This document shows, in pieces, positions 28,159-40,675 of a stretch of 64,000 nt of DNA. Position 1 is the first letter of the stretch. Every line of letters starts with the position of its first letter. Source of the DNA: Tubiluchus corallicola (lineage: Eukaryota > Animalia > Priapulida); contig JAQGDQ010002378.1 in the NCBI GenBank assembly GCA_030141605.1, forward strand, positions 186,001-250,000, read 5' to 3'. The notes below the pieces were generated by a model. That model did not search any database, was not told where the DNA came from, and was given only the letters and a program-made list of their open reading frames with translations. Made by a program: the position numbers and the translations under genes.

Positions 28159-28825
28159 ATACATTTCTATTGTTTATCCGATGAAGTATGAGATGACGAC
28201 GAAGGCAGCGGGACGATTCATTGCTGTTATATGGATATATTCCTGCCTGACCTTCATTCCTTGGTTGCTGTATTACGATGCCGTAGATATAATATTCAAG
28301 GGTCAATTACTGTCAGTTTGTGGCGAATTCGGATGGCACGATCCCGCTGCAGCAAAATGGTACTTCTTGTGCGTTGTAGCTTTGCAGTGCTACATTGTTC
28401 CCTTAGCTGTCATAAGTGTTTGCTATTTCTTGATATTTCTGCACGTCTTACGACGTCCCGTGATTGGTGAAACACGTGACTTGGAAACGCTGGTTCGAAA
28501 ACAGAAGCTCAAACTTGCAAAAATGGTCCTAGTCGTTGTGATGGTGTTCGCCTTCAGTTGGCTGCCACTGTACTTGACGTTTGCGTTTGTTTATTTTGGA
28601 GTTGTCTCCGATAACAATGCGCAGCTGGCACTGCTCATACCCATATGCCAATGGATATCCACGTCGAATAGTGGGATTGATCCGGTCCTGTACGGATTTC
28701 TGAACCGGAAGTTCCGGTTGGGTTTCATTGCTGTCCTGAAAAGCAGGAGCTGCTGCGGCGAATTGCGATATCCACACGACAGGAACACTAAATACTACAA
28801 TGGCAGATTAACCAATAGCACTCAG
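28159..28825 (+). CDS. SIFamide-receptor-like GPCR cassette B, TM4-TM7 exon (reads to a stop at 28858 if the 28826 donor is not used)
   Basis: TTTCCAG acceptor completes ERYISIVYPMK; FAFSWLPLY; PICQWISTSNSGIDPVLYGFLNRKFRLGFIAVLKSRSCCGELRY closely resembles the SIFamide receptor TM7-H8 signature; candidate donor CAG/GTATTG. Confidence 0.9.
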
Positions 28826-28950
28826 GTATTGTTAGTCTTAAAATATGCTGTTATTTAATGCATAAGAACTAGGGAAAAATTGAGGAGAGCAATACCCGCT
28901 GTGAACTGCGCTGTTAACTTTGCACGATTAGCACTGCCATCACAGCAGTG

Positions 28951-29000
<50 letters not shown>

Positions 29001-29579
29001 CTTTATTGCATAAGTTCTACACATTTACAGGTGTGATAAAATACGTGAAAATACTATATGTGTAACCACTCAATGCCTGTTGTAGGCAATAGTGTTAAAC
29101 TACTATTACAAGAGTTAATTTTTTAAATTGTGAATAAAAGACATAAAATTTACATAGGTAAAATTAAAATTCAATTACAAAATATAACTTCTCAACGCAT
29201 ACGCACAAAAAAATTAAAAATTACTTTTAACATAATATGCATTTATTATACTAAATCTACTGATGCAAAAATCTACAGGCAGTACAGCTTTTGGTTGGTC
29301 GGTATTCTGATGACTAAGGTTACCTCCGTAACTTACTAATTATTATGCTTGTCTTTACATTTATTTTTGAGTTGACTTGCGCATGCGTGCACTCAAATCT
29401 AACAAACTGATGAATACTAATTTCATTGGCAGCACCTGTATGGAAGGAAAAACATGTGCCACATTTTTTACAAATGATGGAAACCTGTCTAATATCTTGT
29501 CTTTTGGCGTTTGCTAATTAGGTCAACCTGCTAGTTACCTTTTTCATCGTCCAGTGTATTTTTTTTATTCTGAAAAATC

Positions 29580-29832
29580 TCTCTGTGGCGTAATGGTTAG
29601 CAACCCGGATTGTAGGTTATGAGTTCGAATCCCGATGAAGGGATAATTTATACCAGCTTTCGGGCGTTCATAGAATTGATCTTGTACTATGTGGTACAAT
29701 GTAGACTTTAATTCCTCATTCATATACAACTAGTAGCATACGTGCCGTCAAGTAGGTCAAGTGCCTTTGTGGTGTAGCGGCTAGTATAGCTGCCTGGACA
29801 GCATAAGTCCTAGGTTCGAGTCCTAGCGGTGG
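29580..29832 (+). repeat. Two degenerate tRNA-derived (SINE-head or pseudo-tRNA) sequences
   Basis: A-box-like TGGCGTAATGG and TGGTGTAGCGG, B-box-like GTTCGAATCC and GGTTCGAGTCC; acceptor and anticodon arms are broken. Confidence 0.55.
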
Positions 29833-30424
29833 TTTGAAATTTTTCACACTTTTTAATATAATATTCTTTCGTGCGTTCAAATGATTATTATAAATTGTTG
29901 TGACTGGACGGGATCTTGCTTATTATCGAAGACAGCCCTCTAAGATGGACGCGATTGTACCTCTCTTCAGCAGGGAAAAGAGCCGGGGAAATATAGCAGA
30001 AGAAGCCGCAGAACCAATTTTCATATTGATTATCCATTCATTTACTGCTCAGGATCAGCTGTTGCTTAACTTCGGGCGCTCGATCAGCTAATTGCCTTCG
30101 CTTGCTTTTTTTACTAAATTATCTAGATGACTAGTTTAGTACTACCATTTATAGACGAAAAATTTTAATCGGAAGAAAGCTTTTTCTTAAAAAGTATTTA
30201 TGAAAGTTTAAGTGAAGCGGTGCCAAATGTCAGAATATCCAGGGAGATGTAAAAGCGCTTCCTCAATTTCACCAGCAGTTTGGCCCGCCTCTGCCCTAGT
30301 TTTCAAATGGTGCAACCAGGACTCTAAGTTTGGTTCTTGACTCGTTTGGCTGAATTCCTTCCATTAGTTCCATGTGTGCTAAGCGTGTGGTGCACATTGA
30401 TTTCCTTGAAACAGCAAAAAATGT

Positions 30425-31410
30425 TGAAGGGGAAGAAAAAACATTTTTAAAGAATGTTCACAAAAACTTTCCACACAAACTTATATTACTTAGCTATACG
30501 CTTACCTGCTTGAGGGACTTATGTAACTAGAAAAGAAATTTTTTAGCAATTTAAAATGTTTGCTCCAACTGGTAAATCGTCAGTGTTTCACCAGCCCAGT
30601 ATGCACCACTAAGTTATCAAAAACGTATTTTTAATTTTATTGGTAATGTAAAGTAATTAAGTCTTTTGTTTAGTAACAGAAGAGTGCGCTGCGAATTCTC
30701 TGATGGTTTTTTCAAACTTCACACAATGTCACCTAAAGTTGTTTCAAACAATCTACCGTCAAAATGGCTGCGCCTAACAGTCATCGCGGGAGTTTAAATT
30801 TACATGTTTTATACAGTATTATTGCTAATATAACATCTGTGTGCAATAAGGCAGTATAGGCTGCAAAACATTGTCTACCGAAAGAACTTAATCAAGCGGT
30901 GTGGTGCTTAAAGCACAAGAGAACCCTTCATAAACATAAAGCTTGAAAAATTCGTTTTGAAATTTTGTTTCGCTTACATGCTGCCTTTTTGCATGCAGGA
31001 CTTCAATCGGCAGTCACGCTGTATAAAACCTGTAAATTTAAACTCCCGCGATGACCGTTAGACGCAGCCATTTTCACGACAGGTCATTTGAAACAAGTTT
31101 AGATAACATTTTGTAAAGTTTGAAAAAATAATCAGAGCATTCGTAGCGCGCAAGTCACTAACTAAATAAAATTTAAAATTACTATGTCTTGTCAATAAGA
31201 TTAAAAATACGTTTTTTTGTTAGTGAGTGGTGCACCCTGTAGGGTGAGTCAGCTACATTTTACCAATTGGTGAAAACATTTTAAATAATTAATAATTTTC
31301 TTTTCTAGTTACATAAATCTCTCTAGCAGGTAAGCGAAAATCTAAGTAATATAGATTTGCACGGAAAGTCTTTTGAGATATAATTTAACATTGCCTTTTC
31401 TTCCCTTGAT
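30425..31410. mobile_element. Foldback-type element: about 390-bp diverged inverted arms around an approximately 200-bp spacer
   Basis: 30425-30816 is the reverse complement of 31020-31410 (e.g. TCATCGCGGGAGTTTAAATTTACA vs TGTAAATTTAAACTCCCGCGATGA); solo arms occur at 8290 and 26300. Confidence 0.8.
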
Positions 31411-31756
31411 TTACGTTTGGTGCATGACGTCATGTAATGGCGACTTCGGAATAGTATTGCGGGAAATTTAAAATGAAAACAAATCAAAATTACTTTCAGT
31501 GCGAGTAAGATATAGGCATAAAATTGCTATAAAGTAATATAATTTTTTAAGGCGATTTTTCTGAAACCTGCTTCAGGTACACCTTTTCTTGTCCTTTAAA
31601 ACGTAAGAAAAACATTTACTTAAGTAAAGATAGGAAAATTCGTGTTATTAACTTATTGTTAAAAATTGTTGTTATTAACTCGTTATTTTTTAACTAACGG
31701 TTCTTGACTGTTGCTAAATAACTAACTCGTGTGCGTATTTATTTTATTTATTATAG

Positions 31757-31838
31757 GTGTGTTCTACAGGTACTTTTGTAGCACGTTCACCAGGTCACAT
31801 GTCTGAAACAAGCTTCAGTGTTTCGAAAAAAATTGAAG
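31757..31838 (+). CDS. Putative C-tail exon of GPCR cassette B (phase 0 to phase 1)
   Basis: TTATAG acceptor; VCSTGTFVARSPGHMSETSFSVSKKIE is in frame after TNSTQ; weak donor AAG/GTTTCG; no homology support. Confidence 0.4.
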
Positions 31839-32577
31839 GTTTCGTATGGGAATGTTTTTATTTTTGTGTAGCAATAATAACGCAATTCAGTGCTAATTAA
31901 TGTCCTTCTTGCATGCACTGAAAAGTAATTAGAGCTAAGATAAAACTATGTAAATAACAGAGAGTAATTATCACTAATCAAATTAACAATTTGATAGGAA
32001 GGAAAATTTGAAAAGATTTAAAACCGATACTGTATCACAGCTCAATCATGCGGTTATGAGACTATTTGTTTTTGACCTGAAGGCCCATAGTTCGATCGTT
32101 GGTAGAGAGAATTTTTATGCGTTTTTTCTGGTTTTAATGCTTTAAGTTTTTTTGTTTTTTCAACTTTAAACGCGAGAATACGTTTTAGTAAAAGCGCTAC
32201 ACAAAAGTGTGGGTGAAGCCTGTGCAAAAGTAAAATTTGCTTTTTGGATTCAAATTTTCTTCAAAAATAAAATTTGGATTCAATTTTTTTCAAAATCAGC
32301 ATGATATTATAAAAGCATGTCTGACGAGCACAAAAACGCAAATGCCTACTTTTATAAATTTCAATTAAATTGAACGAATAGATTATAGAAGGAACTTTTA
32401 CGGCCATTCCAAAAACACTTATTGTTGCATTAATTATTACAAACTAGAGTTTAGAAAACAAAATTTAGTTTAACAGATTATTTTTGGCAATTTGAAAATG
32501 GCGTATCAGGAATGTGTAATTTTTAAAAATAATAATTTAAGTTTTATAAAACATAATTTTGTTTCTTTTGTGTTTAG

Positions 32578-32666
32578 CAAAAAAGGACAGTGGTGAAGTT
32601 CATGTGCCTGACGTGGATAATAGAGGAAACATTGGGAGGAAGTACAGTTTTCCGATTGAACAATAG
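32578..32666 (+). CDS. Putative terminal C-tail exon of GPCR cassette B
   Basis: Strong pyrimidine tract TTTTGTTTCTTTTGTGTTTAG; phase-1 compatible; (A)KKDSGEVHVPDVDNRGNIGRKYSFPIEQ*; AATAAA near 32853. Confidence 0.4.
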
Positions 32667-33827
32667 CCGTAAAGACAATGACAAGCAAGATTGGAATTTT
32701 TGCGATGCCAAGTTGTGATTTCTGCACTTCACATAGACCACGTGGCGCATCTTCTTTCATTCCAGTCATAATTATTAATTTTGTATCACAATGTTACGTT
32801 TTAGTGTGGCAAACTACAAAAAATATATTAGTTTTAACACTGTTTTTCCTGTAATAAATTTTATTTTGCACAATATATTCAATTGTGAATCAGCGACAAT
32901 TAAACGTATTCATTTGTTACATTTTAAAGATGGCGAAAATTGATTCTTAGTTTCGTCAAAATCTGATTTAGCTTGTTGCAATCAATATTATTCGGCTGGT
33001 GAGAAATATTTTCGTATTAGTTGCAAAGACGTAAATCTAAATTAAAAGACGTAGAACGTAATCGTGAAAGAAGGCTTAGTGACCTTTTTGACATTCTACG
33101 TCATCCAACAAAACCCATTGTCTGCCTGAAAAGCAAAAATTAAAAATTCAAGTAATTTATTAAACTTACCTAAAAGGGAATTACATTTACTAAATAAATA
33201 AATAAATAAATAAATAAAAATAATTCAGAATAGTACGAGTATGTAATACTAGCCAGAAAGGTGATATTAGTTTATAGCTACATGCGACCCATAAAATTAG
33301 GTATTCGAGTGGAAATATATGAGCTCAAATGAATCTTCATTAATAAATTCTGCTTTCAAACAACTACGATTTCAATTTCTGCATGTTTACCATAATTTAA
33401 AAACGTGATGGCCAGTTTTACGTGTGTCTAGGCTAAGGTTGTTTTGTGTTCGCCTCCCTCGACCCTCCCAGCCACGTTAAATTGTTAAGCTTAATCCACT
33501 TGGACGCTGGCGAACAAAACCTGAACGCCCGTTCATGTGGAACTTCTAAATTGCCTGAAGATCTCATTTGTGGAAAGTACAGCACGCTAACATGTCTACT
33601 GTTGACGCTTTTTTCGGTCGTTAAAAGGCGTAACCCACACGTGACAATATCTAAGGTGACGCTATATATTTTATTGAAGACATGGAAATAAGCTTTACCA
33701 CAATGGGACAAATGATGTGCAAACAAGAAAGTTCCTTGCGCTTATTAACAACAATATTTGTACAATAACCTTCAGCTGCTGCAAATTTTATAACGCAGTT
33801 TATTCATCAAGATAAAAACGGGTTATT

Positions 33828-33888
33828 ATGCAACTATGCTTGGCGATAACAGCTTTGGTTACAACATGGATGACTCTTTTCATAACAG
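33828..33888 (+). CDS. Cys-rich single-pass PY-motif membrane protein, exon 1 (signal peptide)
   Basis: MQLCLAITALVTTWMTLFIT(G), hydrophobic; consensus donor CAG/GTAAG; phase 1 matches exon 2. Confidence 0.7.
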
Positions 33889-34246
33889 GTAAGCGTTAAA
33901 CTGTAAAAAGTCTGTTATAATTTCATAAAGTCCTAACTGAATATTCAGTACTGCACTTAATTAAGAAGTAATGAGCAGGGCGAATTATTTTATAGGCTAA
34001 TACAGGCTGCAACCTTTCAAGCTTTGCTACCATTTTAACATTAGTAAAAAAGTCTGTTGTTTCACTGCGGTTATGTTGAAATGTGTACTAATTTGGTTTG
34101 CAATAAATAGTAAAATACTGGCATTTCTTAAAGAATATTTTTATTAACAAACAAAAGAATGCTAATCTAATTTATTTAAAGAATTGCAATAAGCTCACTT
34201 TAATCTATGTAAGTGTCTCTGCATTATATCACGAGTAAACAATGTT

Positions 34247-34343
34247 CAAGACCGGGTGTGGGACGATTTAGAGGGTGGCTCCATCTGATAGAGGCCCATA
34301 ATTTCATTAGCTTAGGCGCGCGGAAGGTCATAATCCGGTCCTG
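34247..34343. mobile_element. Short hAT/Tip100-like MITE remnant
   Basis: TIRs CAAGACCGG ... CCGGTCCTG; TSD not recognisable. Confidence 0.4.
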
Positions 34344-35035
34344 GGCGATGAGTTTTTAGCACATAATGCAAGTTTGCCGAGAAAAAGATGATAAAAATGG
34401 CCCTTGTAAATGGGTGTACCTCTATGGATGCTGCCACGTAAACATTAGTCAAGGCCTACGTTTAGGGACTCCTGTGTCTGGTCAAGAATAAGTGACGCTG
34501 ATTGTCATAAACTTGTAATGCTGCTAATGAAGTAGGCATTGTTTGTATATTGACTAGAATGAGACACGACCGTTAGTTAGTACGATGAAGCAGGTATTTC
34601 AGTGCAAAGAAGCTGAGTGCGCTCCTACTGTGAAGATAAGCAGACCGCCACGAAAATGATTAGTCTAATTTGCCAGAAGCTGTTTCTTTCCATGAGAAAG
34701 GATGTTTGCCATAAACAAATTTACACAAAGTAGCTAAAACACCTCTGTTGGTTTAAGAAAAGTGAGGTTAAAAAATACGTACTCACTTTATTTAGAATGA
34801 CTATATTTGACAGTGAGCAGATTCCATGTTTCACTTAACGTTTTTGCAAGGACAGTGAAGTAAGTTTTAGTTGCTACAGGGATTGGGAGCAAAAGACAGT
34901 AAAAAGAAAAAAGGAACACTGGGAGAACAGAAGACAGTGAGAGGGGGAAGAGAAAGAAGAGAGACAGTACGAGGGGGATAGAGAGAAAGATACAAAAAGA
35001 GAGGATGAAGCGATGCAAGAGAAAGAGCGGGAGAT

Positions 35036-35084
<49 letters not shown>

Positions 35085-35384
35085 GGAAGAGAGTGAAAGA
35101 GAGAGAGAGAGGGGAGACCAGAACTTACCAATTTCTAACCTTTAATGCAGCATGATAAATTTATGGTCTAGAACTTCTGGTGAATTCTGCAATTCAACAA
35201 GTTCTTTTACTCCATTTAGTAAGCTTAAACTATGTATCTAACTTACTGCAGTTTCTTCTTAGAAAACTAGCAGGATGCCCACCAATTTGTGCTGCATTAC
35301 TGAAAAGTCTGGATTGTTGCAACGGGATCGGAATCTAGCTCATTTTCAAGGATATTCTTCCAACTGAAGCTGTGAATTGTTTAT

Positions 35385-35530
35385 TATTACCCGAATGTTA
35401 CTTCAACTATTCCACGTGCTAGGTCAAAGAACATGCGGTACTATTTTTCAAGTCTTTAGTATGACTCGGCCGTGGAATTGAACCCACCACTTCTCGCATC
35501 AGAAGCAAGGACGGCACCTTCGAGCTATTC
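35385..35530. mobile_element. SINE fragment with a tRNA-like segment
   Basis: TTTTTCAAGTCTTTAGTATGACTCGGCCGTGGAATTGAACCCAC resembles a common invertebrate SINE segment containing an inverted B-box. Confidence 0.5.
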
Positions 35531-36878
35531 CTGTGGTATGCCGTAACCCAAGCACATATCGTGACCATTCAGCTGCTGTGCGTGCTGAAAATGTCACCTG
35601 ATCACATACCTGCACTAAAGCTGTCCGTTGTCCGAGTTACGGCAACCGACTGATGGTTGTAAATTCGCTTTATGGGTATCCCGAGTGTCCTAATCATTCA
35701 CTTCTTAACACTTTAACAAATGATCACTGGAACGCCTGTTACTATGGTGGTCATTAGTGATGTCCAAGCCAGTTAGCGCCCCTTCTGTGCGTTCTTTTAA
35801 CTTAATATAGGATCCTAATTCAAAAAGCAGCCTTCGATGTAAAGTATAGCACGTGTTTTAAGCAGGGTTGTTTAGCGGCATTTTTTCAATCCCACCAAAG
35901 CCATATTCTTCGCAAAAATTCTCTGACGCAGATTGCAAAGTAACAAAAAAAGATGATCAATAATTTTGGTTTGCTGAAACTGGTTTAAAGCGAGATATGA
36001 TCCAAAAACATGGGCACTTTTACCGCTTCCTAGTATTCGGGTCACTTATCTGCTAAAGTTGGAGAACGTTGGAACTGATTTTAGAACCACTTTACACCCT
36101 GCTAGAATACCGTCAGACATGGCGGGGCCAGAACGCTGTTTATTACCAAGGATCATTTAAAATTTTATATTTTTGGCTGGCTTGTATAAATATATATAAT
36201 CGTTGAAGATAAAACATTGAACCGACAAAGCGTCTTAATTATATGTGAATGCGTATGCAACTTCTCGACTTCAGAGCAGAATAGAAGTTGAAACTCTCGT
36301 CAGCAGTTTTTCCGCAACAGGCACTCATCCATTTAACAACTAAGCCCCGAGTTGTTTAACTTTGCATGCAACGGTGACTACTCAGCCCATTCACAAAAAC
36401 AGCATAGAGATTGTTATTCAGAAATAGTGAGAATTCCAAATATATAATAGGTTAATATATATATAAACAGTTGAGTTTTTGCATTTGATCCTTTGTGCAG
36501 TTTGACAAAACAAGACATAGAAGCTGTTTCAGTTTATCTGAATGTGACCTGACTTTGTGTTACATAACACAAAAGACTTGACTCAGCATTGCATGACATA
36601 ACCTAACCTAATATAATTATAACCTATATAATATATATATAGCCTTGTCAATACAGGTAAAAAGTACATATGTCAGATCATAGGTCAAAATGATGCAGAG
36701 TTTGAAACATCGCCCTGTTTTCCTATTTGGTACTTTTTCCTTTAACTATTTTGGTACAATTCTTCTCATAATATTTGCTATATGTACACAGTAAAATTTC
36801 ACTGTTGAAAAAATATGAGAGTAATAAAGCCCTGACAGTGTTTAAATACCTACAACAACCATTATAAATTTTTCAGTA

Positions 36879-36909
<31 letters not shown>

Positions 36910-37119
36910 ATTTAATCCATCCACTTTCTAAGAAATAGAAATGAGGTTTCATTGCCTATAATAGTTACATCAGTAGGTAGTGCATAGCTATAGCTTTTCC
37001 TTAAAATCTCCATTCGTGTATCTGAGATTCGGAATGTCTCTTTACCATCTACTCTTAATGTGTTCATAAAGGTCATCAGTTACCTGCCCCGTAGTAATTA
37101 CCAAATTACTCATTTTCAG

Positions 37120-37284
37120 GAAACGCTGTTTGCACCCGGGACGATTTCTGCAGTCTATTTTGTGCGCGAGTCTGCAAGGTGAAGTTGAACATCGAGTCGA
37201 ATCTGTTTCCAAAATGCCTGGCCGGAAGTTGCGGTTGCTATGCTTCCTGTGAGAATGATTCAAATGTCTGTACGGAACTGCTGT
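37120..37284 (+). CDS. Cys-rich single-pass PY-motif protein, exon 2 (Cys-rich ectodomain)
   Basis: TTTTCAG acceptor, GTAAGT donor, phase 1/1; NAVCTRDDFCSLFCARVCKVKLNIESNLFPKCLAGSCGCYASCENDSNVCTELL. Confidence 0.8.
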
Positions 37285-37819
37285 GTAAGTACAAAGCAAT
37301 GACACATACTTTTCTTTGGGTTTACATAAATTGATTTATAGGTTTCATTAGTGTATTATGATAAAATCTATAAACTTGATAAAATCTATAAACTTGGGAT
37401 TCTAGAATGATGTGGTCTTTCAAAAACCCTCTTTCAAAAAAAACCACGCAGCACGATGACAAAAAAGACCTAGTCAACCTTTTTATTCTCATTTGTCCTA
37501 CGCAGTGTGGGTCATAACGACTAACGTCTGACATTGCTCCATTAAAAACAGTTACGTCTTAGGTGGGACATTCAGTTCTTTTCTTAATATAGAAATGCGC
37601 CCCTTTTCCCCAGTTAAGTCTTACTGACTATTAATTACTTGAGCTGTTAATATAGTTGATCTGATCAAGATGTGAAACTGATTAAATTAAGACAACGGAA
37701 ATGAAACCTGTTTGGCTTGTTTGTTTCGACAATTTTTGTTAAATAATACATCGTATTTTGATGATGACTTTTTACCGTGGAATATTTTTATTTACGTATT
37801 ATTTATAAATTGATTTCAG

Positions 37820-37912
37820 GCTTACAAAACAATAGTAAGGTGACACTGGTGCCACCCCGTGGAACTACTCCTCTGCCTGCAAATTTTACCTTAACACCAA
37901 CAAAATCAACAC
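37820..37912 (+). CDS. Cys-rich single-pass PY-motif protein, exon 3 (Thr/Pro-rich stalk)
   Basis: TTTCAG acceptor, GTGAG donor, phase 1/1; (C)LQNNSKVTLVPPRGTTPLPANFTLTPTKST with NxS/T sequons; the junction supplies the 10th Cys. Confidence 0.7.
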
Positions 37913-38243
37913 GTGAGCATCTATGTTTATTAGTTATAATTTTCTCGTTTTTACAAAGACATACGTGCAAGCGATGTCTTACTGACTGCTTTATTCTTAC
38001 ATTGCAACGATTATTTAACATTCATTTGCTGTCATTGGCATGCAGTTTCAGACCAAAGCACATTGTAGTACAGCGTCATCTATCGCCAACTTTTATAAAT
38101 CATATACAGCAAGCGTTTTGGAGAACTAACTAACTTGCTTTCCATTTTATATACTAATAGCGGGATGGCACTACAAATACGTACCTCTAAAATAGTATAT
38201 CCAAGCATTAGTCGTTGTAAATTACATTTTTTAATGCTTATAG

Positions 38244-38356
38244 ATAAATCTTCGACAACGAGCCTGCAGTCTACGATTTTGCTACTCTTTACGATGGCGT
38301 TTGTAGCCGTTCTAGTCTACAGCTTTTGTTTCTATGTCAGACGACGATATGGACAG
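38244..38356 (+). CDS. Cys-rich single-pass PY-motif protein, exon 4 (transmembrane helix)
   Basis: TTATAG acceptor, CAG/GTAAT donor; KSSTTSLQSTILLLFTMAFVAVLVYSFCFYVRRRYGQ, a hydrophobic helix followed by an RRR stop-transfer. Confidence 0.82.
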
Positions 38357-38584
38357 GTAATTATTAATTAGTTAAATAAGCCTAAGTTAGATAGGTGTTA
38401 GTGAGCGATTATACTCAATTATAAAAATGCTAACGCTTAAGAGATAGTGGAATATGCAAGCAGCGGATATATGTTTTTCTTTATATAGAAATGCAGCCCT
38501 AACAGCCCGTTAACTACACCGCTGTTTTATCTACAAAATTCATTTATTGTTCAGCCTACTTCCTGTAACAAATGATTTTTAGAC

Positions 38585-39122
<538 letters not shown>

Positions 39123-39357
39123 GTATTGTTTGTTTGTATCTATCTCTATACCAACTTCAGTTTACAAGTTAACTTGGAACAAACCCTAAATTGAGCCCAG
39201 GAGGTGCCAAGACTGAGGGGACTGATGTAAGACATCATTTATAAGCACCAGGGAATGTCAAACTTGCCTGTTCCACTTATTGTTCACTGTGTATACCTAT
39301 CCATACCCAGATAACCTGTTTTTATACTTTTTTGCTATATATACAATTTTTTTGCAG

Positions 39358-40002
39358 TACCTTGAACAAGTTTCTCCAGTTGCCCATACATCAGCAACGC
39401 ATGAGGAGGGTCAAATGGCGCAGGACCTTCCGCCGTCTTACAGTCAAGCATTAATCCATAGTCGTCCAGTTACATCCGTCCTTGGTCGATCCATCAGCAT
39501 TATCAATCCAAGTCATTCTGTCATTGCTCAACGTCGCGGCCTTTTCACTCGGGAGGAATCCACAATGTCCACCGGAAGTGGAGTGCTCCCACCATATCAG
39601 GAAGCTATCAAACTAAATCCGGCATCCTTAACTCGGTACGTATCAAGGTCGTCGCCAACAGACAACCGCAGAGGAGCTAGGAACAATGAAACGCGTGTTA
39701 ATCTAGCCACACCGAGTGATACAAGTGATATAAACCGTGTAGTATTAGAAGTTAGTGATGGTGCTAGTCAGAATACAATGCGGACGACACGGAGTTCAGT
39801 TGACACTCCAACTGTTACAAGCTGTAGAAACAATTTACAGCATGGCACCACATTTCCATTTCGTCAGCAGCTACGGGATGCTCACGCGTCCTCGTGTCCA
39901 GTAATAAGTTCTGCTGTTCGCCAGGCAGAGGACTTTAGAGACACAGATTCAGCTTCAAATGTTACTTTCACTGTACCTCACTGTGACAGTCAAAAGTTTT
40001 AG
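39358..40002 (+). CDS. Cys-rich single-pass PY-motif protein, exon 5 (cytoplasmic tail with PPSY and LPPY)
   Basis: TTTTTTTGCAG acceptor, phase 0; 214 open codons, Ser/Thr/Arg-rich, containing DLPPSYSQAL and VLPPYQEAI; ends SQKF*. Confidence 0.85.
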   Translation, partial: YLEQVSPVAHTSATHEEGQMAQDLPPSYSQALIHSRPVTSVLGRSISIINPSHSVIAQRRGLFTREESTMSTGSGVLPPYQEAIKLNPASLTRYVSRSSPTDNRRGARNNETRVNLATPSDTSDINRVVLEVSDGASQNTMRTTRSSVDTPTVTSCRNNLQHGTTFPFRQQLRDAHASSCPVISSAVRQAEDFRDTDSASNVTFTVPHCDSQKF

Positions 40003-40675
40003 CAATGTATGCGCTGTGAGTGATTCAAATAATCAATAGTACCTCACCGTAACAGGGGAAAGTTTTAGCAATGTATGCGCTGTGAGTGATTCAAATGTTC
40101 AACAGTACCTCACCGTGACAGGGGAAAGTTTTAGCAATGTATGCGCTGTGAGTGATTCAAATGTTCAACAGTACCTCACCGTGACAGGGGAAAGTTTTAG
40201 CAATGTATATGCTGTGAGTGATTAAAATGTTCAACAGTACCTCACTGTGACAGTCAAAAGTTTTAGCAATGTATTCGCTGTGAGTAATTCAATTGTTGAA
40301 CAGTACCTCACCGTGACAGGGGAAAGTTTTAGCAATGTATATGCTGTGAGTGATTCAAATGTTCAACAGTACCTCACCGTGACAGGGGAAAGTTTTAGCA
40401 ATGTATGCACTGTGAGTGAGTCAAATGTTCAACAGAACCTCACCGAGACAGGGGAAAGTTTTAGCAATGTATGCGCTGTGAGTGATTCAAATGTTCAACA
40501 GTACCTCACCGTGTCAAGCAAAAGTTTTAGCAATATATACGCTCTGAGTAATTCAAATGTCACTTTGAACAGTACATCACCGTGTCAAGCAAAAGTTTTA
40601 GCAATATATACGTGCTGAGTAATTCAAATGTCACTTTTTTGCACCTTTCCGTGACAGGCAAACACTTTAGCAATA
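39955..40675. repeat. 66-bp minisatellite, about 11 units, overlapping the stop codon and 3' UTR
   Basis: TTTTAGCAAT recurs at an exact 66-bp period from 39997 to 40525, then two longer degenerate units follow. Confidence 0.95.

Noticed and set aside
22302-28788. Minus-strand and alternate-frame ORFs overlapping the GPCR exons and the R2-like fragment
   Set aside because: Shadow ORFs of real coding sequence.
29762-29832. Functional tRNA gene
   Set aside because: The T-arm is perfect but the acceptor stem is mismatched and the anticodon arm is non-canonical; treated as a relic.
39955-40675. CRISPR array, or an independent repeat-protein gene (ORF 40247-40618)
   Set aside because: The units are contiguous with no unique spacers, the context is eukaryotic with no cas genes, and the ORF follows from the unit length being a multiple of 3.
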